The notes under the pieces are model-generated. The model was not told the DNA's origin. It did not search any database and saw nothing but the letters and a program-made list of their open reading frames with translations. This document shows positions 1-12,723 of a stretch of DNA of 64,000 bases, piece by piece; the first letter of the stretch is position 1, and each line of letters starts with the position of its first letter. The stretch is from Pristiophorus japonicus (Eukaryota): the NCBI RefSeq assembly GCF_044704955.1, contig NC_091995.1:39308001-39372000 (forward strand), written 5' to 3'. The translations under genes were made by a program, and so were the position numbers.

Positions 1-573
1 TCCTGCTGAGCCAAGTCTCCGGGACAGGGTGGGCAGACTGTAGATTTAAGCTGGGCTTCCAGAGTTAGTCTAAGTCCTCGCCAGCATCCTGAAGTCTCAG
101 CGAGAACTGCTGGCTGCCGGAGAGCTGCCGGGCCAACTGGGCTCCCATTGACTTCTCCTGACAGTCCGGGCCATGCTCGCCAAGGCCGGGGTCTGCTCTG
201 TGCTGCCCGCTCATCATTTAAACGGAATGGACATCCAATGGCGATCTCAGAGCTGGAAGGAAACACTGCAGATTAGGTGGTCTGCTGCTGTCGAGTGCTG
301 CAGCACCGGAGGCAATAAACTGCATTAATATTATGACGGAGAATAACATTGGTACAATTGTAGATTTTGGAACATCAGAAAATGTCCTGTTATCTGTCAG
401 ATTGAGAACATGCTGCAATATGGGATCAGGTCCCTGATTTACCTGATTTCAGCAACTAATGACTGTAAATCAAACTCATCAAAACAAACAAACAGCATGA
501 TTAGACAGGCAGCAAGAACAGTAATACAGTTAACACTGAGAAAGTTGAATATTAACTGTCCGTATTTACTTAC

Positions 574-643
574 CAGGGACTCCAACCACTGCCAGAATGG
601 GATAGAATATTGCCGATATCTGAACAATTATTGGACGCTGCAT
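574..643 (-). CDS. Coding exon 1 of a GPR139-like class A GPCR paralog (exon 2 expected left of the window)
   Basis: ATG at 643 gives MQRPIIVQISAIFYPILAVVGVP followed by a phase-1 donor G|GTAAGT. It is near-identical to exon 1 at 29246-29315, which splices in frame to a 7TM exon. Confidence 0.85.
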
Positions 644-713
644 TTTGCTCAGAGTTAACGTTGTCCATCAGCGTGATTGCCACACAATGAAAGACCTTCA
701 AATCAAACCTGTA

Positions 714-719
714 TTTATA
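714..719 (-). promoter_or_regulatory. TATA box of GPCR paralog
   Basis: TATAAA on the minus strand ~70 bp upstream of the ATG, conserved in the duplicate at 29386-29393. Confidence 0.55.
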
Positions 720-1554
720 CAAGAGAGAAATCTCAAGTGTACTGAACACTTGACATTAGTTACAGTCATTGAACAAACATATTAGGCAACTTCTTCACTG
801 CAATACTGATCAGGGAATAGATTAATTTATTAACGTTACCCGGTGGAAATCAGAAAAAAAAATAGTGTTGAATATTATCGTTTTTTTCAGCTTCAAAATA
901 TTTTAAAAACTCCACTTCTACAGCACTGTCATATTCTATTCCAATTCAAGGACTATGATCGATGTTATCAGTCCTATTGGCATAGACACACGGTGTATTT
1001 ACTGAAATAAATGTATCCATTTATATTCATTCCATCCAAATTAGTACTCGAATTATACATAATCTATTTCCATTTTAATGTTCTCCAATGCACAGTTAAT
1101 GTATCCCTGTACAAATTAAACACATGGCATATATGAACTTTCGCAGAATCCTGCAAAATGCATAAATGGTTGCGTGCAGTAGTGAGTGTGCCAACAAGTA
1201 GTCGTCAATATTCCTCTCCTCCTTCTCCACAGTACTGATCAGGTGATGTAGACTTGAAGTGTACTATATCTAACCCGACCTTACGTGAACCGATGCAGAT
1301 TTGAGACTTTAGGATGCCCCATAATGCAGTGCCCATGGGGGCGGCCCACACCCATTATCAGGAGCAGAAATCCAGGGACTGGTGAAAGCTCGAGAAAGCA
1401 GCAAAGGTCATAATGCTCCAGCCCCGAGGTTCCAAGATAGGTATATTTTTACTCGTATGGGTGACGTGGGCATCACTGGCAAGGCTATTATTTATTGCCC
1501 ATTCCTAAATATATATACCAGATGAAGCCACTGCCTGTGTCTGAATTATCATAA

Positions 1555-2230
1555 ACCATCATCATATCATAGGCAATCGCTAGATATCGATAACGACTTG
1601 CTTCTATTCCAAAAGTGAGTTCTCAGGTGACTGAATAGTCCAATAAGGGATTTACAGTCGCTGTCGCAGGTGGGACCAACAGTCGTTGGAGGAAAGGGTG
1701 GGTGGTGAGTCTGGTTTGCTGCACGCTCCTTCGGCTGCCTGCGCTTGGTCTCTGCATACTCTCGCCGATGAGACTCGAGGTGCTCAGTACCCTGCCACAT
1801 GCTCTTTCTCCACTTAGTGCGGTTTTTGTCCAGCGACTCCCAGGTGTCAGTGGGGATGTTGCACTTTATCAATGAGGCTTTGAGGTGCCCTTGAAACGTT
1901 TCGTCTGCCCACCTGGGGCTTGCTTTCTGTGTTGGAGTTCCGAGTAGCATGCATGCTTTGAGAGTCCTGTGTCGGGCATACGAGCAATGTGGCCCGCCCA
2001 ACGGAGCTGGTCGAGTATGCTCAGTGCTTCGATGCTGGGGATGTTGGCCTGATCGAGAACACAGACGTTAGTGTGTCTGTCCACCTTGGGGATTTGCAGA
2101 ATATTGCCGAGGCATTGTTGGTGGTATTTCTCCAGCGATTTGAGGTGTCTACTGTATATGGTCCATGACTCTGAGCCATACAGGATGGTGGGTATCACTA
2201 CAGCCCTGTATAGCATAAGCTTGGAGCCAG
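1555..2230 (-). mobile_element. RTE-clade LINE, 5'-truncated 3' fragment
   Basis: RT C-terminal peptides (YRAVVIPTILYGSESWT; QLRWAGHIARMPD), C-terminal CPTC..H..TH-like knuckle, (CAT)n tail at 1555-1570. Confidence 0.9.
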
Positions 2231-4390
2231 ACTCACAGTCTACATGTGAATTATCAGAAACACACACTGTCTGGCCCTGAATTAACGGGCGGAATAAATC
2301 TCTGTGTTTGAATTATCATAAGGACCAGAGTTATCAAAACTATAAACTTTATGGGTCAGAATTGGCTTAAACACTCACTGTTTGGGGCTGAGTTAGCAGT
2401 AACTCACAATGTCTGTTCTGCATTATCAGAAACACACACTGACTGGATCTGAGTTATCAGAGGGACCTAAGTCTTTGTCAGAAATGTCTGTGTGTGAGTT
2501 GTCAGAAAGACAGATTGTATGGTTCATACTTGGCAGAAATAATCAAAGTCCACATGTGAATTATCAGAAACGCATACTGTCTGGCTCTGAAATGTCAACA
2601 CCGACACTCTCTTGTTCTCAATTATTAGAAGGCCATAATGTTCGAATCTGATTCATCTGAATGAAATTTTGTCTGGGACAGTATTATCTGAAATCCCGAG
2701 TGTCTCGAACTTAATATCAGAAAGGCACGATGTATGAGTCATAATTCTCATAAACCCTTGCCTGGTCTGAAATGTCGGAATCATCATTTATCTTACACTG
2801 ATATATCAGACAGGAACACTGTCCGGGGGTATGTTACATAAGGCCCATCTGTCTGCGACTGATATATCAGCAGGGTCGCTGACTGGCTCTGCATTGTTGG
2901 AAAAACTGATTGTCTGGGCTTGAAACATGAGGTGACACTGTCTGGACTGAATTATCAGAATGACACCATGCCAGGGTATGCATTATCAGTCACCAACACT
3001 GTCTAAGTCAGAATCATCCTAAAAGCTTCTCTGCATCAGCGGTATCACAGCTGGTGTTGAATTATATCAAACAACAAATATCAGGATCTGTGTGATCAGA
3101 ATGCCGAATTGTCTCTGTCTGATTTATCAGAAGGATCAATTGTCTGATCCTGGATTATCGGAATGACTCACTGTGTGGTCTGAATTACCAGAAGGACCAA
3201 CTGTCTGGGTCTGAAATATCAAACCAGTACTCTGTCTGCGTCAGTATTTTCATAAACACTCACTTTCTGCTTGTGTATTATCAGAAAGACATGTTGTCTG
3301 TTTCAGAATTGTTTTAAACACTGACTGTTTGCATGCGAATTATCAGAAAGCACACTGTTTGGTTCCCAATTGTGACAAAAACTATTTGTCGGCATTTGTG
3401 TTATCAAAAACACCAAGGGACTGGTTCACAATTATGAGAAATCAGAATTTCTGCATCTGAAGTATAAGAAAAGCTTACTGGCCTGTTCAGAAAGATCAGA
3501 AGACGTTCTGTGTTGGTGTGATTTATCAGAAGTAGCCACTTTATCTGCCTGAATTTTTAGAACCTCCCACTGACTGGATCTGATTTAACAGATGGCCTCA
3601 TTATCTGGGTCTGAATGATCAGAAGGAGCCTACTGTTTGTGCCTGAATTATAAGAAACACCCATTGTCTGTGTCGGAATCATCAGAAGGACCAACTGTCT
3701 GTGTCTGAATGATAAGAATTACCCAAATAATCGGGTCTGACTTACCATAAAACTGAAATTTTGCAATTTAAGTTTCAGAAGGGCATACGCTCTGGTGCTG
3801 ACTTATGAGATGACACCGCTGACTAGCTCTGAATTATGATAAAGACCCGCTGTCTGGGCCTGAGTTATCATAAATTTTCATTCTCTGAGCCTGATTTACG
3901 AGAAGCACCCATTGTATTTGCGTGAAATCTAAAACAAACCAAGTGTCTTTGTCTGATTTATCAGAAGGACCCACTTTCAGTGCCTGAATTACAACAAACG
4001 GCCACTGTCTGTGCATGAATTATCAAAAGGCCCCACTATCTGTGTCTGATTTATTTTAACAATGATTTTTCTGAGTCTGGTTTATCAGAGGTGCTCACAT
4101 TCCATGGCTGAATTATCAAAATCACGGACTGCCTGCATTTAAATTATTGAAAGATCCCGTTGACCAGAACTGAATTACCAGAAATACCCATTTCTGGGTC
4201 AGTATTTTGGGAAATACCCACTGTCTGTCCCTGTATTATCAGAAAAATAAACTGTATGGAAAAATTCAAAAGGATCCAATGTCTGTGTCTGAATTATCAG
4301 ACGCACCCAATATATTGGTTTGAATTATCAGTAGGACATACTGTCTGGATGGAATTAACAGAAGCACACACTTTCTGAGTGTGAATTATC
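2231..4390 (+). repeat. Satellite A, ~31-bp degenerate tandem repeat (CTGAATTATCAGAAxxACCCACTGTCTGGGT)
   Basis: Core CTGAATTATCAGAA recurs every ~31 nt. Confidence 0.92.
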
Positions 4391-5655
4391 ATCAGCATCA
4401 ACATCATAGGCAGTCCCTCGGAATCGAGGAAGACTTGCTTTCACTCCTGAAGTGAGTTCTGTGGTGGCTGACCAGTCCAATACGAGAGCCATAGACTCTG
4501 TCACTGGTGGGAAGATAGTCGTTGAGGGAAGGGGTGGGTGGGACTGGTTTGCCGCATGCTCGTTCCACTGCCTGCGCTTGATTTCTGCACGCTCTCGGCG
4601 TTATCTCGAGGTGCTCAGCGCCCTCTCGGATGCACTTCCTCCATTTAGGGAGGTCTTGGGCTAGGGACTCCCAGGCGTCAGTGTGGATGTCGCACTTTAG
4701 CAGGGAGGCTTTGAGTGTGTCCTTGTAACGTTCTCGCTGCCCACCTTTGGGTTTGCCATGAAGGAGCGCTAATTGAGCACTGGCTTTGACATTCTCGTGT
4801 CTGGCATGCAAACTATGTGGCCTGCGCAGCGGAGCTCATCGAGTGTGGTCAGTGCTTCAATGTTGGGGATGTTGGCCTGGTCGATGACTGTAACGTTGGT
4901 GCATTTGTCCTCTCAGGGGATTTGTAGGATCTTACAGAGACATCATTGGTGATATTTCTCCTGTGACTTGAGGTGTCTGCTGTACATGATCCGTATTTCT
5001 GAGCCATAAAGTAGGGCGCAAATAACTACAGCCCTGTAGACGATGAGCTTTGTGGCAGTTTTGAGGACCTGAGCTTCAAACACTCTTTTCCTCAGGCGGC
5101 CAAGGCTGCACTGGTGCACTGGAGGTGGTGTTGGATCTCGTCGTCTATGCCTCCTCTTGTTGATAGGATGCACCCGAGATATGGAAAGTGGTCCACGGTG
5201 TCCAGGGCCGCGCCGTGGATCTTGATGCCTGAGGGGCAGTGCTGTGCGGTGAGGGCAGCCTGATGGAGGATCTTTGTCTTACAGATATTTAGTGTAAGGC
5301 GCATGCTTTCGTACACCTCAGTAAATACGTCAATTTTGTCCTGGACTTCAGCCTCTGTATGTGCACAGACGCTGGTGTCATCTGCATACTGTAGCTCGAT
5401 GACAGAGGTTGGGGTGGCCTTGGACCTGGCCTGGAGATGGCGCAGGTTGAACAGGTCCCACTGACTCTGTAGTTTAGTTCCACTCCAGCGGGGAGCTTGT
5501 TGACTGTGAGGTAGAGCATGGTGGCGAGAAACATTGAAAAGAGGGTTGCGGCGATGACGCAGACCTGGTTGACTCCAGTCCGGCCGTGGATCGGGTCAGT
5601 GATGGATCAGTTCGTAAGCGTCACGGCCTGCATGTCATCGATGGAGCAGGCGGAG
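4388..5655 (-). mobile_element. RTE-clade LINE, 5'-truncated (RT to 3' tail)
   Basis: Frameshifted RT peptides (ELQYADDT; VDHFPYLG; ALLYGSE), (CAT)n tail. Confidence 0.9.
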
Positions 5656-6430
5656 TTTGGATTACAGAAGGACCCACTGTGTGTCTCTGATTTATCAAAT
5701 ACACCCACCATCTGAGTTTTCACTATCAGAAACATTTTCTGCCTCAGACTGAATTATCAGCCAACTCTGTCTGCATTAGAAAAATCAGAAGGGCCTACTG
5801 ATCTGGTTGAAATATCAGAAACTCAATCGTCTGTTCCGAATTATCAGCAGGCCCATTTGTCTGGGTCTGCATTATCAGAAATGCACACTGCCTGGTTCGG
5901 TATTATCAGAAACAAACACTGCCTGGGATTGCATTATCAGAAGGACAGACTGGCTGTGTCCGAATTATCAGAAAGACCCACTGTCTTGATCTGAATTATC
6001 AAAAACATACACTGTCTGGGTTAGAATTGACATAAACAATCACTTGCTGGGTGGGAACTGTCAGAAACTTACGCTATCTGGGATTGAATGATCAGAAACA
6101 CATATCGTCTTGGTCTGAATTATCAGAAACACCCACTGTCTGCATCTGAATTTTCAGAAAGACCGACCATCTGTGGCTGATTAAAGGAAATACTCACTAT
6201 CTACATCTGAATTATCAGAAGTGCCACTGTCTGGGTCTGATTTATCAGAAGGACCATTTGCCTGTGTCTGGATTATCAGAAGTATCCAGTGTCTTGGTCT
6301 GAATTATCAGAAACAAAAAAATTTAGTGATTTGAATTGTCATAATTTATCAAAGCCTTGGATTGAATTATCATCAAATACCCACTTTGTTGATCTTTGTA
6401 ATCAAGAGGGTCAAATTAATTATCATGAAC
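5656..6430 (+). repeat. Satellite A array
   Basis: 31-bp periodicity, collinear with 46430-47205. Confidence 0.9.
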
Positions 6431-6434
6431 TATG

Positions 6435-8122
6435 GCGGACGAGTTCATGGAATGAAAAGAAGATAGTTTTCAAGAGCAATATCTTGAGGAATCAACTGGG
6501 GAGCAACCTATTTTAGATCCTGTATTGTGCAATAAGAAAGGGTAAATTAATAGTATTGTAATAAAAGTGGCACTCAGGTCAGAGTGACCATAATATTATA
6601 GAATGTTGTATTACATTTGAAAGTGATTTATTGAAATCAGAAGCTGGTGTCTTAAATTTAACCAAAGCAAACTACGTAGGTATAAAGGGCGAGCTGGCGA
6701 AGGAAGATTGGAAAACTACATTTAAAAGTATGATGTTTGAAAAGCAATGGCCAGCATTGAAAGAATTAATACATAATTGTCAACAAATATACATTATTTA
6801 CAGCACAGGAAAAGTGCTCCAACCGTGGCTCATCAGAAAAGGTAAAGATAGTATTAGATCAAAGAATGAGGCCGATAATGTTACCAAAAAGAGTAGTAAG
6901 CAGACGATAGGGAGGATTTAAGAATTCAGCAAAAGAGGAGCAAGTGATTGATAAAGAAAGGGAAATATAAAATTAAATAAAATAAAAAGAAAAACGTTGA
7001 TTTCCATAGCGCCTTTCTCGAGCACTGGACGATTGAAAGTGCACAACAGTGATTGAAGTAATTTTGGAGTGTAGTCATTGTTGTAATGTAGGAAACATGG
7101 CAGACAATTTGCACACAAGCACACTCCCACAAACAGCAATAGGATAATGTCCAGATCATCTGTTTTTTTATGTTGATTGAGGGATAAATATTGGCCAGGA
7201 TACCTGAGAAAACTCCCGTGCTCTTCTTCAAAATAGTGCCATGGGATCTTTTACGTAAATCTGAGAGAGCAGACGGGACCTCGGTTCAACATCTCATCTG
7301 AAAGACGGCATCTCCAAAGTGCAGCACTCCCTCAGCACTGCTCTGGCTTGTCAACCTCGACTTATTGTTCTGAACGAAGACATGGCTGGCACTTCGAGAA
7401 TAAATTAGCGAGAGGCAAAAATCAGAATGTAAAAGTTTTTCGAGGTATGTAAAAGGAAAAAATTACCGGAAGTATATGTGGGTCCCTGACTGAATGTGTC
7501 AGGATAAATTATAATGGGGAATTAGTAAATGGCAGAGAAATTAAACAAATACATTATGTCTGTCTTCACGGAAGAAAATACAAACAATCTCCCCAAAATA
7601 CTGGAGAACCAATGGTGTAGCGAGAATGAGGAACTGAAAGAAATTCGCATTTGTTATAAAAAAAAATTGGAGAAATTAATGGCAATGAAAGCTGATGCAT
7701 CCCGTGGATCCGATGGCCTTCATTTGAGGGTTTTGAAAAAGGTGTCGATAAAGATAGTGGATGTATTGGTTGTCATCTACCAACATTCCATAGATTCTAG
7801 GATGTTTCCCGTGGACTGGCAGGTAACAAAAATAACCCCACAATTGAAGAAAGGAGGGAGAGACAAAATGGGGAAATATGGACCAGTGAGCCTGACATGA
7901 GGAGCAATGAAAATGTTTGAAGCTATTTTTAAGATAGTGGTAACAGGACACTTAGAAAATAATAATAGGATTGGGCAGAGTCAACACAGATTTCTGAGAT
8001 GGAAATCATGCTTTACGAAGCTGTTAAAGTTGTTTGATGTAGTATCGAGCAGAAGAGATAAGGTGGAACAAGTGGATGTCATGTATTTTCGATTTTCAGA
8101 AGGCATTCGATAAAGTGTCACA
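6435..8122 (+). mobile_element. Old CR1 LINE ORF2 fragment (host of later insertions; continues at 12385-12722 and 16165-16419)
   Basis: Decayed EN/RT peptides (SDHNIIE; GSDGLHLRVLK; YGPVSLT; QHRFLRWKSCFT). The paralog at 47215-55470 carries different insertions. Confidence 0.88.
6990..7370 (-). mobile_element. Deu-domain tRNA-derived SINE (SacSINE1/AmnSINE1-like), head largely lost
   Basis: Recognisable Deu-core strings (AATAGTGCCATGGGATCTTTT; GTGCAGCACTCCCTCAG) interrupting CR1. The paralog at 48980-49420 keeps the tRNA-like head. Confidence 0.75.
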
Positions 8123-11022
8123 TGGAAACATACAAACATAGAAAGTAGCTGCAGAAGTAGGCCATTTGGCCCTTCGAGCCTGCAGCACCATTCAATATGA
8201 CCATGGCTGATCATGCAACTGCAGTACCGCATTCCTGCTTTCTCTGCATACCGCTTGATCCTTTAGCTGTAAGGACCACATCTAACTCCCTTTTGAATAT
8301 ATCTAACAAACTGGCCTCAACAACTTTCTGTGGTCGAGAATTGCACAGGTTCACCATTCTGAGTGAAGAAGTTTCTCCTCATCTCGGTCCTAAATCCTCA
8401 GACTGTGACCTCTGGTTCTGGACTTCCCCAACATCGCTAACATTCTTCCTGCATCTAACCTGTCCAATCCCATCAGAATTTTATATATTCGCTCATTCTT
8501 CTAAATGCAAATGAATAAAAGCCTAGTCGATCACGTCTTTCTTGGTATGTCAGTCCTGCCATCCCGGGAATCAGTCTGGTGAACTTCGCTGCATTCCCTC
8601 AATAGCAAAAATGTCCTTCCTCTGATTAGGAGATCAAAACTGTACACAATATTCAAGATGTGGCCTCACCAAGGCCCTGTACAACTTCAGTAAGACCTCC
8701 CTGCTCCTATTCTCAAATCCTCTCACTATGAAGGCCAACATGCCATTTGCCTTCTTCACCGCCTGCTGTACCTGCATGCCAACCTTCAATGACTGATGTA
8801 CCATGACACCCAGGTCTCGTTGCCCCTCCCCTTTTCCTAATCTGTCACCATTCAGATAATATTCTGCCTTCCTGTTTTTGCCACCAAATGGATAACCTCA
8901 AATTTATCTATATTATACTGCATTGCGATGTTTTTGCCCACTCAGCTCCCTTGTCCACGCTATTAGTTACATCCTCAAAAAATTCGAGAAGATTTGTCAA
9001 GCTTCATTTCTCTTTCATAAATCAATGCTGACTTGTACTGATCCTGTCACTGCTTTCCAAATGCGCTGCTATTTCATCTTTAATAATTGATTCCAACATT
9101 TACCACACTACCGATTTTAAGCTAACCGGTCTATAATTTCCTGTTTTCTCTCTCCCTCCTTTTTTAAAAAGTGGACTTTTTGTTAGCAATCCTCCAATCC
9201 ATAGGAACTGATCCAGAGTCTATAGAGTGTTGGAAAATGACCAGCAATACATCCACTATTTCTCGGGCCACTCCCTTAAATACTCTGCGATGCAGACTAT
9301 CAGGCCCTGGGAATTTATCAGCCTTTAATCCCATTAATTTCCCGACCATAATTTCCTGACTAATAAGGATTTCTTTCAGTTCCTACTTCTCGCGAGACCC
9401 TCGGTCCCCTCGTATTTCTGGGAGGTTATTTGAGTCTTCCTTAGTGAAGATAGAACCTAAGTATTTGTTCAATTGGTCTGACATTTATTTGTTCCCCATT
9501 ATAAATTCACCTGATTCTGACTGCAAGGGACCTATATTTCTCTTCACTAATCTTTTTCCCTTCACATATTTTTAGAAGATTTTGCAGTCAGTTTTTATGT
9601 TCTCTGCAAGCTTATTTTTAAACGCTATTATCCTTTGTTTTGCTCTGGTGAATTATAAATTTCTCCCAGTCCTCAGGTTTGCTGCTTTTTCTGGCCAATT
9701 TATATGCCTTTTACATTGATTTAACACTATCCCTAATTTCCCTTATTAGCCATGGTTGAGACACCTACCCTTTTTAGTCTTACGCCAGAGAGGGATGTAA
9801 AATCGTTGAAGTTCATCCATGTGAACCTGAAAGGTCTGCCATTGCCTATCCACCGTCAACCCTTTAAGTATCATTTGCCAGTCTATGCTAGCCAATTCAC
9901 GTCTCATACCATCGAAGTTACCTTTCTTTAAGTTCAGCACACTAGCCTCTGAATTAACTGTGTCACTCTCCAACTTAATGAAGAATTCTACCATATTATG
10001 ATCACTTTTCCGCAAGGGGCCTCACATAATAAATTGCTAATTAATACTATCTCATTACACAACACCCATTCAAGGATGGCCAGCTTTCTTATTGGTTGCT
10101 CGACATATTGGTCTCGAACACCATGTCTTATACACTCCAGGAAATGCTCCTCCACCGTATTGCTACGAGTTTGGTCAGCCCAATCTACATGTTGATTAAA
10201 GTGACCAATGATAACTGCTGTCACTTTATGACACGCATTCCTAATTTCCGATTTTATGCCATCCCCAACCTCACTTCTAATGGTTGGTGGTTTGTACACA
10301 ACTCCCACTAGCGTTTCCTGCCCTTTGTTGTTCCACAGCTCTACCCATACAGATTCCACATCATCCAAGCAAATTACCTATCTTACTATTGCGTTATTCT
10401 CCTCTTTAACCAGCAATGTATTGCACCTCCTTTTCCTTTCTGTCCATCCTTGAATATTGAATACCCCTGGATGTTGAGTTCCCAGCCATGGTTTCCCTGG
10501 AGCCATGTCTCCGTAATCCCAATGACATCACATCCGTTAACAGCTATCTGCGCAGTTACGATATCCACCTTATTACGAATGCTCCTCGAGTTGAGGAACA
10601 GCGCCTTCAGGCTTGTTGTTTTTAACACTACGTGCCCTTTTAGAATTATGTTTTAACGTGGCCCTTTATGATTTTTGCCTTTGATTTCTCTGCCCTCCAC
10701 TTTTCCTCATATTCTTTCTACCTTTTGCTTCTGCCCCGATGTTACTTCCCTCTGTATCCCTGCATAGATTCCCATCCCCCTGCCATATTATTTCAAAGCC
10801 ACCCCAATAGCACTAGCAAACACCCCCGCTAGGACATTGGTTCAAGTCCTGCCAAGGTGCTGACCATGCTCTTTGTACTTGTCCCACCTCCCACAGAAAC
10901 GGTTCCAATGTCCCTAGAATTTGACCCCTCCCTCTTGCACCATTCCTCAAACCACGTATTCATTTTAACTATCCTGCTATTTCTACACTGACTAGCATGT
11001 GGCACTAGTAGCAATCCTGAGT

Positions 11023-11703
11023 TTACGAGCTTTGAGGTCCTACTTTTTTAAATTTAACTCCGAGCTCCCTATATTCCGCTGGTAAGACCTTATCCCATTT
11101 TTTACATATATCTTTCATACCTATATGCACCACGACAACTGGCTGTTCACCCTCCCTCTCGAGAATGCCCTGCAGCCGCTCCGAGACATCTTTGATCCTT
11201 GCACCAGGGAGGGAACGTAACATCCTGGAGTCTCGATTGCAGCCGCACAAATTCCTATCTATTCCCCATAAAATAGAATCCCCTATCACTGTAGCTCTCT
11301 CATTCTTTTTGCTGCTCTCCTGTGCAGCAGAGCCACGCATGGTGCCATTAACTTGGCTGCTGTTGCCTTCCCCTGATGGGCCATCTCCCAGAACAGTACC
11401 CAAAATGATATATCTGTTTTGGAGGGAGGTGACCGCAGAGTACTCCTGCACTACCTTCCTTCCACTGCTCTTCCTGATGGTCACCCATTCCCTCTCTGCC
11501 TGTGTAACCTTAACCTGCCGTGTGACCAACTCATTAAACATGCTATTCATGACATCCTCCGCATCGCAGATGTTCCAACATGAATCCAGTCTCGCAATGC
11601 GGTCTGTCAGGAGCTGCAGCTGGATACAGTTCCTGCCCACATCGTAATCAGGGATACTGGAAGTGTCCTTGATTTCCCATGTGAGACAGGAGGAGCATGA
11701 CAC
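11023..11703 (-). pseudogene. CR1 ORF1 (Cys-rich N-terminus plus SGNH/GDSL-like esterase), frameshifted
   Basis: CSSCLTWE, VIGDSILWG, LPGARIKDV, VVVVHIG motifs. Confidence 0.85.
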
Positions 11704-11904
11704 GGGTCTGGGCTCTTCTGCGATGACTTAACCCTTAAATTATCTTAATTTGGGAACAATGCGAAAGGTTATCTACTGATAAGAAAAGAAAAAAAAAAGA
11801 AAAGATAAAAAAACTGAACAATCCACAATCACTTTACCGATTGGCTGAGGCGTTACCCTTCAATTTCTTTTTACTTCTTTGTTTACTTTCTGCCCCTACA
11901 CCAG

Positions 11905-12382
11905 CTGGCCTCCCGAACTGCCATTGCTCCAAGCTGCCGCTGCCACCCTTTTTCATCCTGCGCCGCTCCGTTCTCACGATGCTGCCCTCCTCGACTGCTG
12001 CCGCTCCAAGCTGCTGCCACCAGCCTTTATCCTCCAACGCTGCTCCACTCTCGCGATACTGGCCTCCCGATCTGCCGCCGCTCCCAGTTGCTGATGCCGT
12101 TCTTTATCTTCCTGCGCTGCTCCACCATCGTGATGCTGGCCTCCCGATCTGCCGCCACTCCCAGTTGCTGCCGCCACCCTTTATCCTCCTGCCCCCCTCC
12201 ACTCTCGTAATGTTGGCCTCCCGATCTGCCGCCGCTCCAAGCTGATGCCGCTGCCCTTGATCCTCCTGCGCCCCTCCACTCTCACGATGCTGAACTCCTC
12301 ATCTGCCACTTCTCCAAGCAGCTGCGGTTGCCCCTTATCCTTCTGCGCTTCTCTGCTCTCGCGATGCTGACCTTCTCGACTG
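11905..12382 (-). repeat. 77-bp tandem monomers (~6 copies) in CR1 5'UTR
   Basis: TGGCCTCCCGATCTGCC-like motif at 11907, 11984, 12060, 12137, 12214, 12291, 12368. Confidence 0.85.
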
Positions 12383-12723
12383 CCAAACAAGTGGTTTTTA
12401 AACAAGGTAGTCTTCATGGAATTGGGGGTAAATAGAAGCATGGATTGGTGTTTGGTTAATGGACAGAAAACAGAGGGTTGTCAGTACGTAACTCGTGGGG
12501 CAGGTCAAGGATCGTTGCTTGGGCCTATTTATATCCAAATTTCGATCAATGAATTGGACGAGGGGGCAGACTGTTATGTATCCAAGTTTACTGATGATAC
12601 AAAGCTAGGTGAGTATTTAATTTGTGAGCAAAGACGCTGCAAAGGGTTATAGAGAACTAAAGCTCGTGGCCAAGAAATGCACGTGGAATACAACGTGTAG
12701 AAGATATATTAATCCACTCTAGT

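Larger units (their letters stand above)
8124..12382 (-). mobile_element. CR1 LINE with 5'UTR, ORF1 and ORF2; internal RT deletion near 8945
   Basis: (GAAACATA)n tail at 8124-8142, EN peptides (VIGITETWLQG), ORF1 esterase, 5' tandem monomers. Absent from the duplicate at ~54190. Confidence 0.92.

Noticed and set aside
410-658. ORFs repeated at 29034-29257 that look conserved
   Set aside because: The similarity reflects the segmental duplication. Stops differ between copies, and the real coding part is the 70-nt minus-strand exon in another frame.
11834-12441. Overlapping repetitive ORFs (also 45989-46388)
   Set aside because: They arise from GC-rich CR1 5'UTR monomers and show no protein motifs.
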